A DNA stretch of 64,000 bases from Ignavibacteriota bacterium (GCA_025358305.1 JANYJZ010000030.1:96382-160381), one strand, 5' to 3'. Shown: positions 28,953 through 41,252, numbered from the stretch's first letter. Notes: generated from the sequence alone by a model not told the origin. A program made the numbers and translations.

Positions 28953-31772
28953 TTATTGAAAAACCGCCTGCCAGGCAAGTCGCTCGGTGTGCACGCCCTG
29001 GAACAGCACCTTGACGGCCCCGCCGTCGAGGGAGACCTCGGAATGCCGGACCGGCGCCCGCACGACCGACAGGGCCATGCCCGGAGGGATGTAGAGGACG
29101 ACGGCGTACTCCCCGGGCATGAGCTTTTCGCACGCGACCGAGAGGGTCTTGGTCTTGGGGTTCCACTGCACGTCCGCAAGGTCCACCGCCCCCTGCGTCA
29201 GGTGGCGGGAAGTGGAGAGGACGAACGGCTCAAGCGACACCTCATGGACCGCGTAGAGACCGCACGATGTCGGTGGAAGCGTGACCGAACGTGACGTGCC
29301 GAGTTCTCCGAGATAGACCCCGTTCCAAAAATCATACGCGACGTAACTCTTCCTGGGAGGAAGCCCGAGGCGTTCCGGCGTCAGCGGCAGGCGCCGCTCC
29401 CCGGACGACCAGTTGAAGAGCCCTACCGCGTTCCACTTGCCGAACTTCTTCCCGACCGGGAGGTTCCAGACCGTCGGGAGCGCCGTCTCCTGTGTACTGT
29501 AGAATCCGCCGGGTCCGCCTCCGTCAAAGACCCGAAGTGCGACGGTGTTCTCTTGTCCGCGGCGCAGGAGCGCTTCCGGGACGGCATACCTGCGGAACGA
29601 CTGCCACTGCGAATCGTACTCGGGCGGGAACGTCCCGGTCTTGCCGACGAGCTGTCCGTTCCAGTACGTCTGGTCGCAGTCGTCGATCTTCCCGAGCAGG
29701 AGCTCCGACGCTCCGGCCGGCCAGTCCGCGGGGAGCGTGAAGCGCGCCCGGTACCAGACGAGACTGTCGAGCCCCGGAAAACCGTTGTCTTCCCACTGCG
29801 AAGGGACAGGCATGTCGCTCCAGCGGCTGTCGTCGTACGATGGCTCCTTGCGCTCCTCGCCGTCGCCCGGGAGGAACTTCCACACCGCCGGCAGGGAGAG
29901 GGAGGCGCCGTGGTCCGGCGAGAGGAGCGTCAGCCCGTGTTCGTGCGGAGCCGTAAAGAGGTCGACCGGATCGGCTGCGACGCCGTAGCTCGGGATCGTC
30001 AGTGTAAGCAGGTCGATCCTGTCTTGGGGGAGCGCGGGAAGCTTGTCGCTCAACAGCGTCATCTGTCCCGAAAGCGCGACGACCGAGGCCCAGACGCGCG
30101 CCTGGTCTGTCGTGAGCGGTTCGCGCACGAGAAGGCAGTCGGGGTCGTCGTACCAGACGGCGTTGTGATAGAAGAACCGTTCCGCAGCGGCGTGAATGCC
30201 GGGAGTGACGCCGTCCCATCGTGCGGAGACGTCGGAGCCGATACGCATCCCGTCGACGAACCCCATCGAACTGCCCAAGGGCGCGCCGCAGCCGAGGATG
30301 AACTTGTCGGGTCCCACCCCTTTCCGGATCGCGCGCAGGCCCATCTGGTACGCCTGTGCAGACGAGACCGGGATGTGGTACGACCCTCCTTCGCCGGCAA
30401 AGTAGAGAAAATCGATCTTCACATAGTCGTAGCCCCACTTCGCGGTGACGGTGTAGAAGAGGTTCTCGAGCCAGAGCTGCACCGCCGGGATCGTCGGATC
30501 GAGGGCGTAGATCCTCCCGCCCCACCAGTCGTTCGCGAAGAACTCCTTGAGCGAATCATGCTCGTTCCTCAGAAGCCACTCCGGATGCCGCTTGACGACG
30601 GAACTGCTTTCCGCGACGGCGAACGGCGCGAGCCAGAGGCCCGCCTGGAACCCCTTCTTGTGGATCTGGTCGACGAGCCAGCGGTGCCCGTGGGGGAAGC
30701 GCTTGTTCGTGTTCCATTCCCCCGCGGCGATCTGGTACCCGTCGTCGATCTGGATGTACTGGAGCCCCGCCTTCTTCAGCTGCCGCGACGCCGTTGTGAC
30801 GTTCTGGAGGATGCTGTCCTCGGCAATGTGCTGGTAGTAATAGTACCAGGAGCACCATCCGGTCGGGACGTTCTGATTGCCAAAGAGCGCCGCGGGGGCC
30901 TTGCCGGTGGGGCTGAAGGGCTTGTTCTGCGCTGGCGCGAACTTCTGCTGGTACTCCGCGAACCGGCGCAGGTTGTCGTTCGGCGACGGGTCGAAGGCGA
31001 TCATGAGCGGGTCGGTCTCGAGCGTGCCGCCCGCCGGGACCGCGAGCGTTTTGATGTCGGAGGCCGTCGCGAGATGCTGGCTCCCGTCCGAGGGGAGGAG
31101 CCCATCGGACCGGATGCTGTTCGTCGCGCGGGCGTTCGTCAGGAACCCCAACAGGAGGGACTTCCAGGCCTGCGGCTCGTAGAAAAGCGTCGACCAGAAG
31201 CTCGTCTGCGAACGGACGGAGTCGAGCTTCACCACCTCGCTCGAACTCCAGGACTGATACCCGTTGACGTGCATGAGGACCGTGTCCGTCACGTACTGGA
31301 TGTGGGCCGCGCCGTGAAGGTCGATGAGCCGAAACTCCCTCGGCCTCCACTCGTGGCCCGAGACGTTCTTCAAGGCGGCGGAGACGAGGAGGAGCTTTCG
31401 TTCGTTGTAGAGGTTCACCCCGATGTCCCATTCCGCCTTGTCGTCGCTAGCGCGGAGATCAAGCCGCCTCCCCTTTCCGATCGAATCGTCGATCGCGGTG
31501 ATCTTCGCGAGGATCTCTCCGGAGGTGAGATCGAACGAGAGCGAATCGCTCTCCCTGAACCCCAAAACGGAGGTAGCACCGACGATGACCGGCTGCCAGT
31601 CGTTCGACTCGAACTCGAGGACGCTCCAGAGCTTCGTGCCCTTATCGAAGGAGACCTTGAGGAGCCCGTTGTCGAATTCGACGCGCTTCGGCTGGGCCGT
31701 AAGGGCGGCGGCAAGGATGGCGGTGATGGCCCCCGTGAGCAGCAAACGACGCATGAGAGCTCGCATATCCAC
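28953..31772 (-). CDS. Alpha-galactosidase (GH36/melibiase-like) with an additional carbohydrate-binding domain
   Basis: Signal peptide. GWCSWYYYY and IQIDDGYQ are melibiase catalytic-region motifs, with KIDF and CGAPLG further on. The C-terminal segment resembles a galactose-binding-like domain. Confidence 0.7.
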   Translation of the reverse strand: MDMRALMRRLLLTGAITAILAAALTAQPKRVEFDNGLLKVSFDKGTKLWSVLEFESNDWQPVIVGATSVLGFRESDSLSFDLTSGEILAKITAIDDSIGKGRRLDLRASDDKAEWDIGVNLYNERKLLLVSAALKNVSGHEWRPREFRLIDLHGAAHIQYVTDTVLMHVNGYQSWSSSEVVKLDSVRSQTSFWSTLFYEPQAWKSLLLGFLTNARATNSIRSDGLLPSDGSQHLATASDIKTLAVPAGGTLETDPLMIAFDPSPNDNLRRFAEYQQKFAPAQNKPFSPTGKAPAALFGNQNVPTGWCSWYYYYQHIAEDSILQNVTTASRQLKKAGLQYIQIDDGYQIAAGEWNTNKRFPHGHRWLVDQIHKKGFQAGLWLAPFAVAESSSVVKRHPEWLLRNEHDSLKEFFANDWWGGRIYALDPTIPAVQLWLENLFYTVTAKWGYDYVKIDFLYFAGEGGSYHIPVSSAQAYQMGLRAIRKGVGPDKFILGCGAPLGSSMGFVDGMRIGSDVSARWDGVTPGIHAAAERFFYHNAVWYDDPDCLLVREPLTTDQARVWASVVALSGQMTLLSDKLPALPQDRIDLLTLTIPSYGVAADPVDLFTAPHEHGLTLLSPDHGASLSLPAVWKFLPGDGEERKEPSYDDSRWSDMPVPSQWEDNGFPGLDSLVWYRARFTLPADWPAGASELLLGKIDDCDQTYWNGQLVGKTGTFPPEYDSQWQSFRRYAVPEALLRRGQENTVALRVFDGGGPGGFYSTQETALPTVWNLPVGKKFGKWNAVGLFNWSSGERRLPLTPERLGLPPRKSYVAYDFWNGVYLGELGTSRSVTLPPTSCGLYAVHEVSLEPFVLSTSRHLTQGAVDLADVQWNPKTKTLSVACEKLMPGEYAVVLYIPPGMALSVVRAPVRHSEVSLDGGAVKVLFQGVHTERLAWQAVFQ

Positions 31773-31787
31773 CTCGCTAAGGAATGA

Positions 31788-34700
31788 TCAGAACGTGACC
31801 TTCAGTGTCACCATCGAATGCTTCTTCGTGTGGACCCGGACGGTCGTGCCGTTCGAGGGCACCGGCGTACCGGTCCCCTCGAGCGCGTCGGAGAGCACGA
31901 CCTTCGACGGCGCCTTCGGCAGCGTCAGTTCTCCGTCGGCATCCTTCCCTTCGGCGTCGTACCACTGGATGATCCACGCATCCTCGTCCTCCGCCTTCTT
32001 CACCGTCGTGAGGATGAGCGACCCCGGCGAGAGCGCCACGAACGAATGCGACGCCGGCAGCGTCCGCGCACTCCCCTTGGCGGCCATCACCGGGATGAGA
32101 GGGTTGTTGTACTCGTACCCGCGATGGACGGTCATCGAGGATCCAACGCGTCCCTCGTGGGGATAGAGGGCGTAGTCGATCGAATGCTTGCCCCGGTCCG
32201 CCGTTGGATCGGGCCACTTCGGAGACCGCAGGAGCGAGAGCTGCGCGACGTTCCCCTTGATGTCGTAGCCGTACTTCGAGCGGTTGAGGAGGCTCACCCC
32301 GTAGTCGTCCTGGGAGAGGTCCGCCCAGCGCTGGGCGGGGACTTCCACTTTCGCGCTGTCCCAGCTGTTCCGCCATCCGGTCGACCGCCGGATCGAGCCG
32401 AACGGGATCTCGTAGGTCGCGGCGGTGTCGGTCACGGCCAGCGGGAAGGCGACCTTCGCCATCGTCTTCTCCTCCCACCAGTCGATGTTCGTCGTGAAGT
32501 CGATCCGGTCGAGGTTCTGATAGAGGATGACGTCCTGAGTGATGAACGTCGACGGAAAATCCTCCGTCGGGAAGTCCTTCTTTGTCCCGGGTTTGAGGTA
32601 GTCGCGCGTCATACGGATGACCGAGCGGACGGGACCCCGTTCGACGATCTCGACCTTCCGGAGCGTCGTCGGATACTGGACGCCCGTGAGTCCGATGTTC
32701 CAAGCGTCCCACGCCGACGGCGTATCCTGGAGAAACTGCAGCTCGTTCCCCGCGCCGGTGAGGAGTTCCCGGCCCCTGCGCTTGTCGACGAGGCTTTTGA
32801 GCCAGCCGCTCGCCGGATCGACCTCCGCCCGGAAGAGCGGGCTTTCGATGACGCTGCCCGGAGCAGCGGCAGCGGCGGCGGCGTCAGCCGCGGCCGCCGG
32901 GCCCGTCCTGAGTTCGTAGACCTTGTAGCCGATAGGGGGAACGTCGTCCGCGACGAAGAGAAGCTTGTGGCGTCGCGGGCCGTCGCTCACGATTTGGGAG
33001 GGCACGGCCGTCCCTCGATCGTCCGCCACCGAGTACTGCGGCGGCGAACTCCCTTCGGGGAGATCGAGCGTGACGAGGTCCGAGCGCTTCCAGGCGAGCG
33101 CGTTGAAGACGACGACCGGCGTCCCCTTCACCGACGGGGCTTTGACGGCGCCGGCGATCTGTTCAAGGGACGCGCGAAGCTCGGACGTTCCGATCGACAT
33201 GGACGCCGCGTACCGCTCCGCCGCGTCGATGTAGATCTCGCGGATGCCGGAGCCGGGAAGCAGGTCGTGGAACTGGTTGAAGAGCACCCCTCTCCAGGCC
33301 TCCTCGAGGTCCGCTCCCCGGTACGGCTTCCCGTAGAGGGTGGCGAGCGTCGAGAACTTCTCCGCGTTCGTCAGGAGGACCTCGCTGCGGCGGTTGTTGC
33401 TCTTCATCGCCGACTGTGTCGTGTACGTTCCCTGATGGTACTCAAGGTAGAGTTCGTCCTTCCACACCGGAAGGTTCGCCAGGTCCTGCTGCCGGATCCA
33501 GGAAAGATAGGTTCCGGTGTTGCCATACTCGATCGTGGGGTAGATGTCGATCGTCTTCAAGCGTTCGATGCGGTCGATCATCTCGAGCGAGGGTCCGCCG
33601 CCGTGGTCGCCGACGCCGAAGAGGATCATCATCTTTGTCATGCCGGTGTTCGCCTCGAACTGCCGCGACCAGTCGACGAGCTGGTACGGGTCGTCGATCG
33701 TGTTCACATAGTCGAACGGGAAGTAGCTCAGGACCCGCGACCCGTCGGGGGACTCCCACCAAAAGAGGCGGTACGGAAACACGTTCGTCGCGTTCCATCC
33801 GATCTTCTGCGTGATGAAGGCATCGATGCCGGCGTTCTGATAGAACATCGGCATGTTCCCGTTGTACCCGAACGAATCGGGGTTCCAACCGATCTTCACG
33901 TCGGCGCCGAGGCTCTTCCGGAAGTAGCGCTTCGCGTAGAGAAGGTGGCGCATCCATGATTCGCCGCTAGGCAGATTGCAGTCGGGCTCGACCCACATGC
34001 CGCCCGTGACCTCCCACCGGCCTTCCGCGACCCTCTTCTTGATCCCCTGGAACAGGTCGGGATAGAGCTTGTCCATCCAGTCGTAGTACGCGGCGGCGCT
34101 CTGCGTGTAGGTGAACTCGGGGCGCGCGTTCATCATGTTGAGGACGGAGGAGAACGTGTTCCGGACGACCTGCTTCGTCTCCGCGTCCCGCCAGAGCCAT
34201 GCGGCGTCGATATGCGCATTCGCGTCGAAATAGAGCGTGAACTTCCGCGCGTACTCGCTCACCGGACGCAAAAGCGGCCTGATCACGTCGACCGAGCGGC
34301 GGTATCCGGCGGCGTCTCCCGCGGCGAGGGCCTTCACGTCCACCCGAGCCGCAAGCGACTGGAGAAGGTCGTTCAGCCGGAGCTTTTCCGTGCGGTCCAT
34401 ATGGGACCGGTCGGTCCCCGGATCAAGCTTTCGCCGGGCGTTCGTCTGGTACGTGTCGAAGCTCAGGAGCTTCTGGCCGACGCGCAGCGACAGAGAGAGG
34501 TCCTCGATGCTCTGGCGGAGCTCCTTCGACGCGGCGGTCGTGACTTCGGCGCGGATGAGCCGGAGCGGACCGCCCGTGTTGATCGCCTTGATGACGATGA
34601 GGAACTTTTGGCCCGGGGAGGCGTTGCGCGTCAGCTCGAAATCGCCGTCCCACGGGAACATCCCTTTGCTCTCCCCGTTCACCCAGAGGTACCCGTAGTC

Positions 34701-35027
34701 GTCGACGGAGAGGAGAAGCCGCACAGGGCCGCTGATCGGGGCCCCGAGGACGTTCTGGGGGAGGACGATCTCCTTCCGAATCCAGCAGGAATCGGGGTAG
34801 ATCGATTCATTGAGGGAGAGGGTGTTCCACTGCGCATCGTCGAACCCGGGCTTCGTTGGGGCGTCCCCGATGGACCGGAGCCCCTTGAGATCGGCGCTCA
34901 CCTTCCAGTGGTTGAACGAAAGGCTGCCGAGGGAGTCGAGGGCGCCGGCGAGGCGGTCGACGTTCGTTTGCGCCGGCGAGAGCTGAAGGGCGACGAAGAG
35001 CGCCAGGAGAACGGTGAGAGTTTTCAT
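31788..35027 (-). CDS. Alpha-mannosidase, glycoside hydrolase family 38
   Basis: 1079 aa with a signal peptide. GWNPDSFGY and GVGDHGG are GH38 catalytic motifs. The overall length and the C-terminal beta-sandwich domain fit GH38. Confidence 0.8.
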   Translation of the reverse strand: MKTLTVLLALFVALQLSPAQTNVDRLAGALDSLGSLSFNHWKVSADLKGLRSIGDAPTKPGFDDAQWNTLSLNESIYPDSCWIRKEIVLPQNVLGAPISGPVRLLLSVDDYGYLWVNGESKGMFPWDGDFELTRNASPGQKFLIVIKAINTGGPLRLIRAEVTTAASKELRQSIEDLSLSLRVGQKLLSFDTYQTNARRKLDPGTDRSHMDRTEKLRLNDLLQSLAARVDVKALAAGDAAGYRRSVDVIRPLLRPVSEYARKFTLYFDANAHIDAAWLWRDAETKQVVRNTFSSVLNMMNARPEFTYTQSAAAYYDWMDKLYPDLFQGIKKRVAEGRWEVTGGMWVEPDCNLPSGESWMRHLLYAKRYFRKSLGADVKIGWNPDSFGYNGNMPMFYQNAGIDAFITQKIGWNATNVFPYRLFWWESPDGSRVLSYFPFDYVNTIDDPYQLVDWSRQFEANTGMTKMMILFGVGDHGGGPSLEMIDRIERLKTIDIYPTIEYGNTGTYLSWIRQQDLANLPVWKDELYLEYHQGTYTTQSAMKSNNRRSEVLLTNAEKFSTLATLYGKPYRGADLEEAWRGVLFNQFHDLLPGSGIREIYIDAAERYAASMSIGTSELRASLEQIAGAVKAPSVKGTPVVVFNALAWKRSDLVTLDLPEGSSPPQYSVADDRGTAVPSQIVSDGPRRHKLLFVADDVPPIGYKVYELRTGPAAAADAAAAAAAPGSVIESPLFRAEVDPASGWLKSLVDKRRGRELLTGAGNELQFLQDTPSAWDAWNIGLTGVQYPTTLRKVEIVERGPVRSVIRMTRDYLKPGTKKDFPTEDFPSTFITQDVILYQNLDRIDFTTNIDWWEEKTMAKVAFPLAVTDTAATYEIPFGSIRRSTGWRNSWDSAKVEVPAQRWADLSQDDYGVSLLNRSKYGYDIKGNVAQLSLLRSPKWPDPTADRGKHSIDYALYPHEGRVGSSMTVHRGYEYNNPLIPVMAAKGSARTLPASHSFVALSPGSLILTTVKKAEDEDAWIIQWYDAEGKDADGELTLPKAPSKVVLSDALEGTGTPVPSNGTTVRVHTKKHSMVTLKVTF

Positions 35028-35079
35028 ATGAGTTCCCGTAGAGGATGGTCAGATGCGGCCGCGCGCGGAGCGCGCGGCA

Positions 35080-35691
35080 CTAATTGAAATTGACGGTCAC
35101 GCCCACTTCCAGCCGGATGCCGCCGAAGTCGCCGGAGAAGCCTCGGTCGAGCGAGCGGCGGTATTCGTAGAGGATGTCGGAGTAGATCGACAGTCCTCCG
35201 GTGCCGAGGATGTGTTCAAGCCCGACGCCGCCGAAGTACCCGAACCTCTTCGGGAGCGCGCGTTCCTGGCTGCCGCCGAGGGGGCCGAAGGACGATTCGC
35301 TGACCGTGGAATAGCTGGCCCCTCCCTGGAAGCGCACCGCCTCCCGCTTGGAGAAGAATACCTTGTTGAGCAGCCCGAGGTGGATGAAGCGCTCCCGGAT
35401 CTTCAGCGAACTGTCCGCCGGGGCGTCGATGGGCGCCTCCGAGGCGAACCATGCGATATCGGTCACGAGGTAGAGATAATCGTCGGTGATCGGGAATGCG
35501 ACCCCGAACCCCCAGATAATATCCGAACCCGTCTTGTACGATTCACGAAAGTTCTCCCGGGAAGGAAAGAAGAGCCCGCCGTGGACGTGGTAATAGAAGG
35601 GCAGGCGCGATTCGGTGAACTGCGCCAACGCGGAGGAGTTCCCTGCGAGGAGCGAACCGCAGAGGAGCCACGAAAGAAGGAAGGTCTTCAT
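35080..35691 (-). CDS. Outer membrane beta-barrel protein (OmpA-like/porin-family barrel)
   Basis: Signal peptide MKTFLLSWLLCGSLLAGNSSALAQ, alternating amphipathic beta-strands, and a C-terminal aromatic residue (VNFN). The start is set to M13. Confidence 0.5.
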   Translation of the reverse strand: MKTFLLSWLLCGSLLAGNSSALAQFTESRLPFYYHVHGGLFFPSRENFRESYKTGSDIIWGFGVAFPITDDYLYLVTDIAWFASEAPIDAPADSSLKIRERFIHLGLLNKVFFSKREAVRFQGGASYSTVSESSFGPLGGSQERALPKRFGYFGGVGLEHILGTGGLSIYSDILYEYRRSLDRGFSGDFGGIRLEVGVTVNFN

Positions 35692-35723
35692 GATATTCCT
35701 GAAAATGAGTGGGTACACATGGT

Positions 35724-36681
35724 TCATCGCCCCCGCAGCCGGTCGAGGAGCACGGCGGAGAGGATCACCACGCCCAGGAGGATCATCTGGACGTAGGAGC
35801 TGACGTTCATGAGGTTGAGGCCGTTGCGCAAGACGCCGATGAGCATCGCCCCGATGAAGGTCCCGACGACCGACCCTCTGCCACCGAAAAGGCTCGTCCC
35901 GCCCACGACGACGGCGGCGATGACGTCAAGCTCGTACATCTGTCCGGCGTTCGGCTGGCCGGAGTTCATCCTCGACGCCAGGAGGATCCCGCTGAACGAG
36001 GCGAGCATGCCGCAGAGCATGTAGACCTTGAGCACGACGCGGTCCGTCGGAACGCCGGAGAGCCGCGCCGCTTCAGGGTTTCCGCCGACGGCGTAGACGT
36101 GCCGTCCGAAGCGCGTGCGGTCGAGGACGACGTACGCGGCAACATAAACGATGACCATGCAGATCGTCGGGACGGGGACGCCGAAGAGCCGTCCGCTGCC
36201 CAGAAGGCTGAACGCATCGGGGAGGCCCCAGACCGGCCTGCCATCCGTGAACATGTAGGCCGCCCCGCGCCAGATCGTCATGAGCGCCAAGGTCACGATG
36301 AACGGCGTGATCTTGAGCTTCGTGACGAATGTCCCCGCGAGCGCGCCTGAGAACGCGCCGATGGCGAGTCCCGACAGGACGACACAGAGGAGCGCGACGG
36401 GATACGGCGCGTTCATCTTTAAGACCGTCGTCACGATAACGCCCGTGAACGCCACGATCGCACCGACGGACAGGTCGATGCCCGCAGTGAGGATGACGAA
36501 GGTCATCCCCACCGCGATGATGGCGATGATGGAGGTCTGGAGCGATATGTTGAGGATGTTCTCCGCGGTGAAGAAGTAGGGCGAGAGAAGGGCGAAGAGG
36601 CCGATCTCCGCCGCCAGTACGATGGCGATGCCGAACTCGCCGACGAGCGCCTTGAAGGTCTTCGAGGAGCGGGTCACGGAC

Positions 36682-36689
<8 letters not shown>
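35724..36689 (-). CDS. Sugar ABC transporter permease (RbsC/XylH-like, BPD_transp_2 family)
   Basis: Transmembrane-rich, with an IGGTSLFGGRGSV motif. The start is assigned to the GTG that overlaps the ATPase gene stop. The ATG at 36797 would overlap the ATPase gene by 115 nt. Confidence 0.7.
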
Positions 36690-38190
<1,501 letters not shown>

Positions 38191-39102
38191 CTAGTGCGCC
38201 GCGTTCAGGGATGCCGCGTCGACGATGCCGACCTCGACGGGGATCTTCTTCGGGAGTTGGGCTCCCGAGAAATATTCGCTGATCTTCATGATCGTCGTGG
38301 CGCCGATCTTCTTCGGATACTGCACGACGTCGGCCTTGAGGGCCGTGCCTTTTGTGATCGCGTCCACCGCCGGCGGCGTCGCGTCGTAGCCGACGATGCT
38401 GATCCCTGTTCGGTTGAACTGCTTGACCGCATCGAGCGCGCCGAGCGCGGAATCGTCGTTGATGCCGAACATGCCGTTGAGGTCGGGATGCGCCTGGAGG
38501 ACGTCGGCGGCGGCCTGCATCGCCATATCCCTCCTCCCTTCGCCGTTCACGTCCGCGACGATCTCCATGCCGGGATACTTCGCGACGGCGTCCTTGAACC
38601 CTTGGACGCGGTCGAGGACGGAGGTGATGGTGGGCTGGCCGATGATGGCGACCTTCCCCTTCCCGCCGAGCGCCTTGGCGAGGTACTCGCCTGCAAGGGT
38701 GCCGCCGGCGACGTTGTCGGAGGCGACGTGGCAGACGATCTCGCCCTCAAGCGAGGCGATGTCGGCCGTGAAGACCGGGATCTTCGCGTCATTTGCTTTC
38801 TTCACGGAGGGGCCGATCCCCCGGGAGTCGACCGGGCAGACGACGATCGCGTCCACCTTTCGCGCGATGAAGTCCTCGATCTGCGCGCTCTGCTTGCCGA
38901 GATCGAACTCCCCGGCGGTGACGATGAGCTCGTACCCGTGCTTCGCCGCTTCCGTCTGGAGCCCTTCTTCCAGGTCCTTGAAGAAGACGTGGGCCCGGGT
39001 CAGGAGCGAGACGCCGATGACCTTGGAGGCTTTCGCCTCTTTCTTGCCGCAGGAAATCGAGACGAGGGCGATCGCGAGGATGACGCAGAGGATTTTTTTC
39101 AT
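38191..39102 (-). CDS. Sugar ABC transporter substrate-binding lipoprotein (periplasmic binding protein type I, ribose/galactose class)
   Basis: Lipobox ISCG. The Peripla_BP_4 pattern (VIGVSLL..., AIVVCPVDS, KIPVFTAD) is present. Confidence 0.8.
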   Translation of the reverse strand: MKKILCVILAIALVSISCGKKEAKASKVIGVSLLTRAHVFFKDLEEGLQTEAAKHGYELIVTAGEFDLGKQSAQIEDFIARKVDAIVVCPVDSRGIGPSVKKANDAKIPVFTADIASLEGEIVCHVASDNVAGGTLAGEYLAKALGGKGKVAIIGQPTITSVLDRVQGFKDAVAKYPGMEIVADVNGEGRRDMAMQAAADVLQAHPDLNGMFGINDDSALGALDAVKQFNRTGISIVGYDATPPAVDAITKGTALKADVVQYPKKIGATTIMKISEYFSGAQLPKKIPVEVGIVDAASLNAAH

Positions 39103-39109
39103 ACAGCTC

Positions 39110-40066
39110 CTATGATGATGTGGTTCTTCTGTCGAGGATGACCGCCAGCACGATCACCAGGCCGATGGCGACCTGCTGCCAGTACGCGGAAACATCTAAT
39201 AATACTAAACCGTTGCGTAAAATGCCCATGAGGAGCGATCCGATGATGACCCCGAGGATCGTCCCGCGGCCACCGGTGAGGCTCACCCCGCCGATGACCG
39301 CCGCCGCGACCACGTCGAGCTCGTACCCGAGCCCCGCGGTCGACTGTCCAACCCCGAACCGCGAGGTGAAGAGGACCCCGGCGATCCCCGCGGCGAGCCC
39401 GCAGAGGGCATAGACGGCGATCTTGACGCGGTGGACGCTCACGCCGCTCAAGAGGGCCGCCTCCTCGTTGCCGCCGATGGCGTAGGTGTACCGCCCCCAC
39501 GGCGTCGACCGGAGGAGGAACCCGACGGTGGCCGCAAGAAGCGCCATGGCGAGGATCGGAATGGGCAGGCCGAGGATCTCGCCCTGGCCGATGAGGAGGA
39601 ATCCTGGTGGAAGGCTTCGGATCGTCTCGCCGCCGGTGATCGCGAACGCCAGGCCGCGGGCGATGCTCATCATGCCGAGCGTGACGATGAACGGCGGAAG
39701 CTTTGCGCGCGTGATGACAAGGCCGTTCAGGATGCCGCCGAACAGTCCGACGACGACGCCGGCGAGGACGGCGGCTGGGGTCCCGACGTTCGCATTGAGG
39801 AGGACCGCCGTGACGACACCGGAGAGCCCGAGGACGGAACCAACGGAGAGATCGATGCCGCCGGTGATGATGACGACGGCCTGTCCCACTCCCATGATGG
39901 CGATGAAGGAGAGGGCCCGGATGACCTGGGAAAGATTGGACCAGTTGAGGAAGGTGGACTCGAACCCGCTGCTGCCGCCGAAGGAGGAGGTGAGGATGGT
40001 CAGGAGCAGCACTTCGAGCAGGAGCGCGAGCCAGATGCCGAAGCGCATGGTCTTCAAAACCGGCAT
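39110..40066 (-). CDS. Second sugar ABC transporter permease (BPD_transp_2 family)
   Basis: Ten transmembrane helices and an IGGVSLTGGRGTI motif. It is the first gene of the permease-SBP-ATPase-permease set. Confidence 0.8.
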   Translation of the reverse strand: MPVLKTMRFGIWLALLLEVLLLTILTSSFGGSSGFESTFLNWSNLSQVIRALSFIAIMGVGQAVVIITGGIDLSVGSVLGLSGVVTAVLLNANVGTPAAVLAGVVVGLFGGILNGLVITRAKLPPFIVTLGMMSIARGLAFAITGGETIRSLPPGFLLIGQGEILGLPIPILAMALLAATVGFLLRSTPWGRYTYAIGGNEEAALLSGVSVHRVKIAVYALCGLAAGIAGVLFTSRFGVGQSTAGLGYELDVVAAAVIGGVSLTGGRGTILGVIIGSLLMGILRNGLVLLDVSAYWQQVAIGLVIVLAVILDRRTTSS

Positions 40067-40664
40067 GAATCCGCGAATTCTATGATGGAGGGTTCGATAA
40101 GCCGGGATATCTTACAAAGATTTAGCCCGTTTTGCAAGCCTCACACCGACGAACGACGGCCCGCTTCGAGGGTTCGTCCACATGTTATCAGTTTCAGGTA
40201 TTACAGCCGTGTCTCAGCGATGTGTGTTCTAAGCCGTGGACTGATATCCGCCAATCTGGGCACGAAAGCGCAATTCAAGGCATTGGACTTATCCGAACTT
40301 GTTACGAGACACGACAATGGTGCCGGTGACGGCATGAGGATTCAAGTGCCCCCTCAAGCACTTATTTTGGCCACTCTTATTGGCGAGAGATGAGCGGCCG
40401 AGAAGATCTTATTGGCCATCCGTCGGACTAAGTTTCAATACTCATAAATGCCTGATGGGTGATCACCTAATCCTGCTCACTATTTTTGAAATGCTCGATT
40501 GTCAGGAGGCTCAAGGCGGTTCGCGAATGTGATCATGTTGAGGCGGGAAGGAGCTGGCTTTCAGCGAACGAACACGTGCAACGAGGGAATCGCGAGAACG
40601 ATCGTGCGGGGCGGAAACAAAATGCGCCCCCGCCGCATGGTGGAGGGGGCGCATGGTCGAACGG

Positions 40665-41252
40665 TTACTCTTTCGTGACGGACCCGAGGAGCACGTCGAA
40701 GTCGGCCTTCGAGGCTTCGATCGTCTTATCCGGTCCGGTGAACTTGAAGAACACGCGGCCGTTCGGAGCATCAATGATGGCGCCGAGCAGCGAATAGTGC
40801 GCCTTCTTCCCCTGCGACTGCATCATTGGACCCGCGGGGGCGAGGTAGGTCCCCTTGATGACCACGTTCGTCACCTGCATGCCGTGCACTTCCGAGTTCG
40901 TCTGGGTCTTCCCCGTAACGCCCTCGAACTGCGCAGCCCAGCGATCGACATTCGCCTGCACGTCGCCCCCCTGGTTGGCGCCAAAGTAGTACGCAGCGCA
41001 TTCCCCCCCTTCGGCGTCGCCGCCGCCGGCGGGGACCGCGTACGTCCCGACGCGCATCGGCCGCTCTGCCTCGACGGTCCAGCTGCTCGGTACCTTCCAT
41101 GTGACCCCTCCTGCCGAGGTCGGGGTGGTCGCCGGCGCCTGACTCAGCATCGGCGGCTGTTGCTGTTGTGCCTGCTGTTCCTGGCCGTTCTTGTTGCAGC
41201 TGCTCAAGGCCAGCATGGTGGACATTAAAAGAATGATACGAAAACTCATCAT
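40665..41252 (-). CDS. Hypothetical lipoprotein
   Basis: Lipobox LALSSC, followed by a Gln/Pro-rich linker and a soluble domain of about 150 aa. No family was recognised. The start is set to M24. Confidence 0.45.
   Translation of the reverse strand: MMSFRIILLMSTMLALSSCNKNGQEQQAQQQQPPMLSQAPATTPTSAGGVTWKVPSSWTVEAERPMRVGTYAVPAGGGDAEGGECAAYYFGANQGGDVQANVDRWAAQFEGVTGKTQTNSEVHGMQVTNVVIKGTYLAPAGPMMQSQGKKAHYSLLGAIIDAPNGRVFFKFTGPDKTIEASKADFDVLLGSVTKE

Noticed and set aside
29553-33959. Plus-strand ORFs 29553-31787 and 31818-33959 antisense to the GH36 and GH38 genes
   Set aside because: Translations dominated by Arg/Glu/Asp/Pro/Val repeats. The sense strands carry clear glycoside-hydrolase motifs.
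40132-40329. 65-aa plus-strand ORF in the AT-rich island
   Set aside because: No start context, low GC3 unlike the real genes, and no homology. The region is treated as non-coding.
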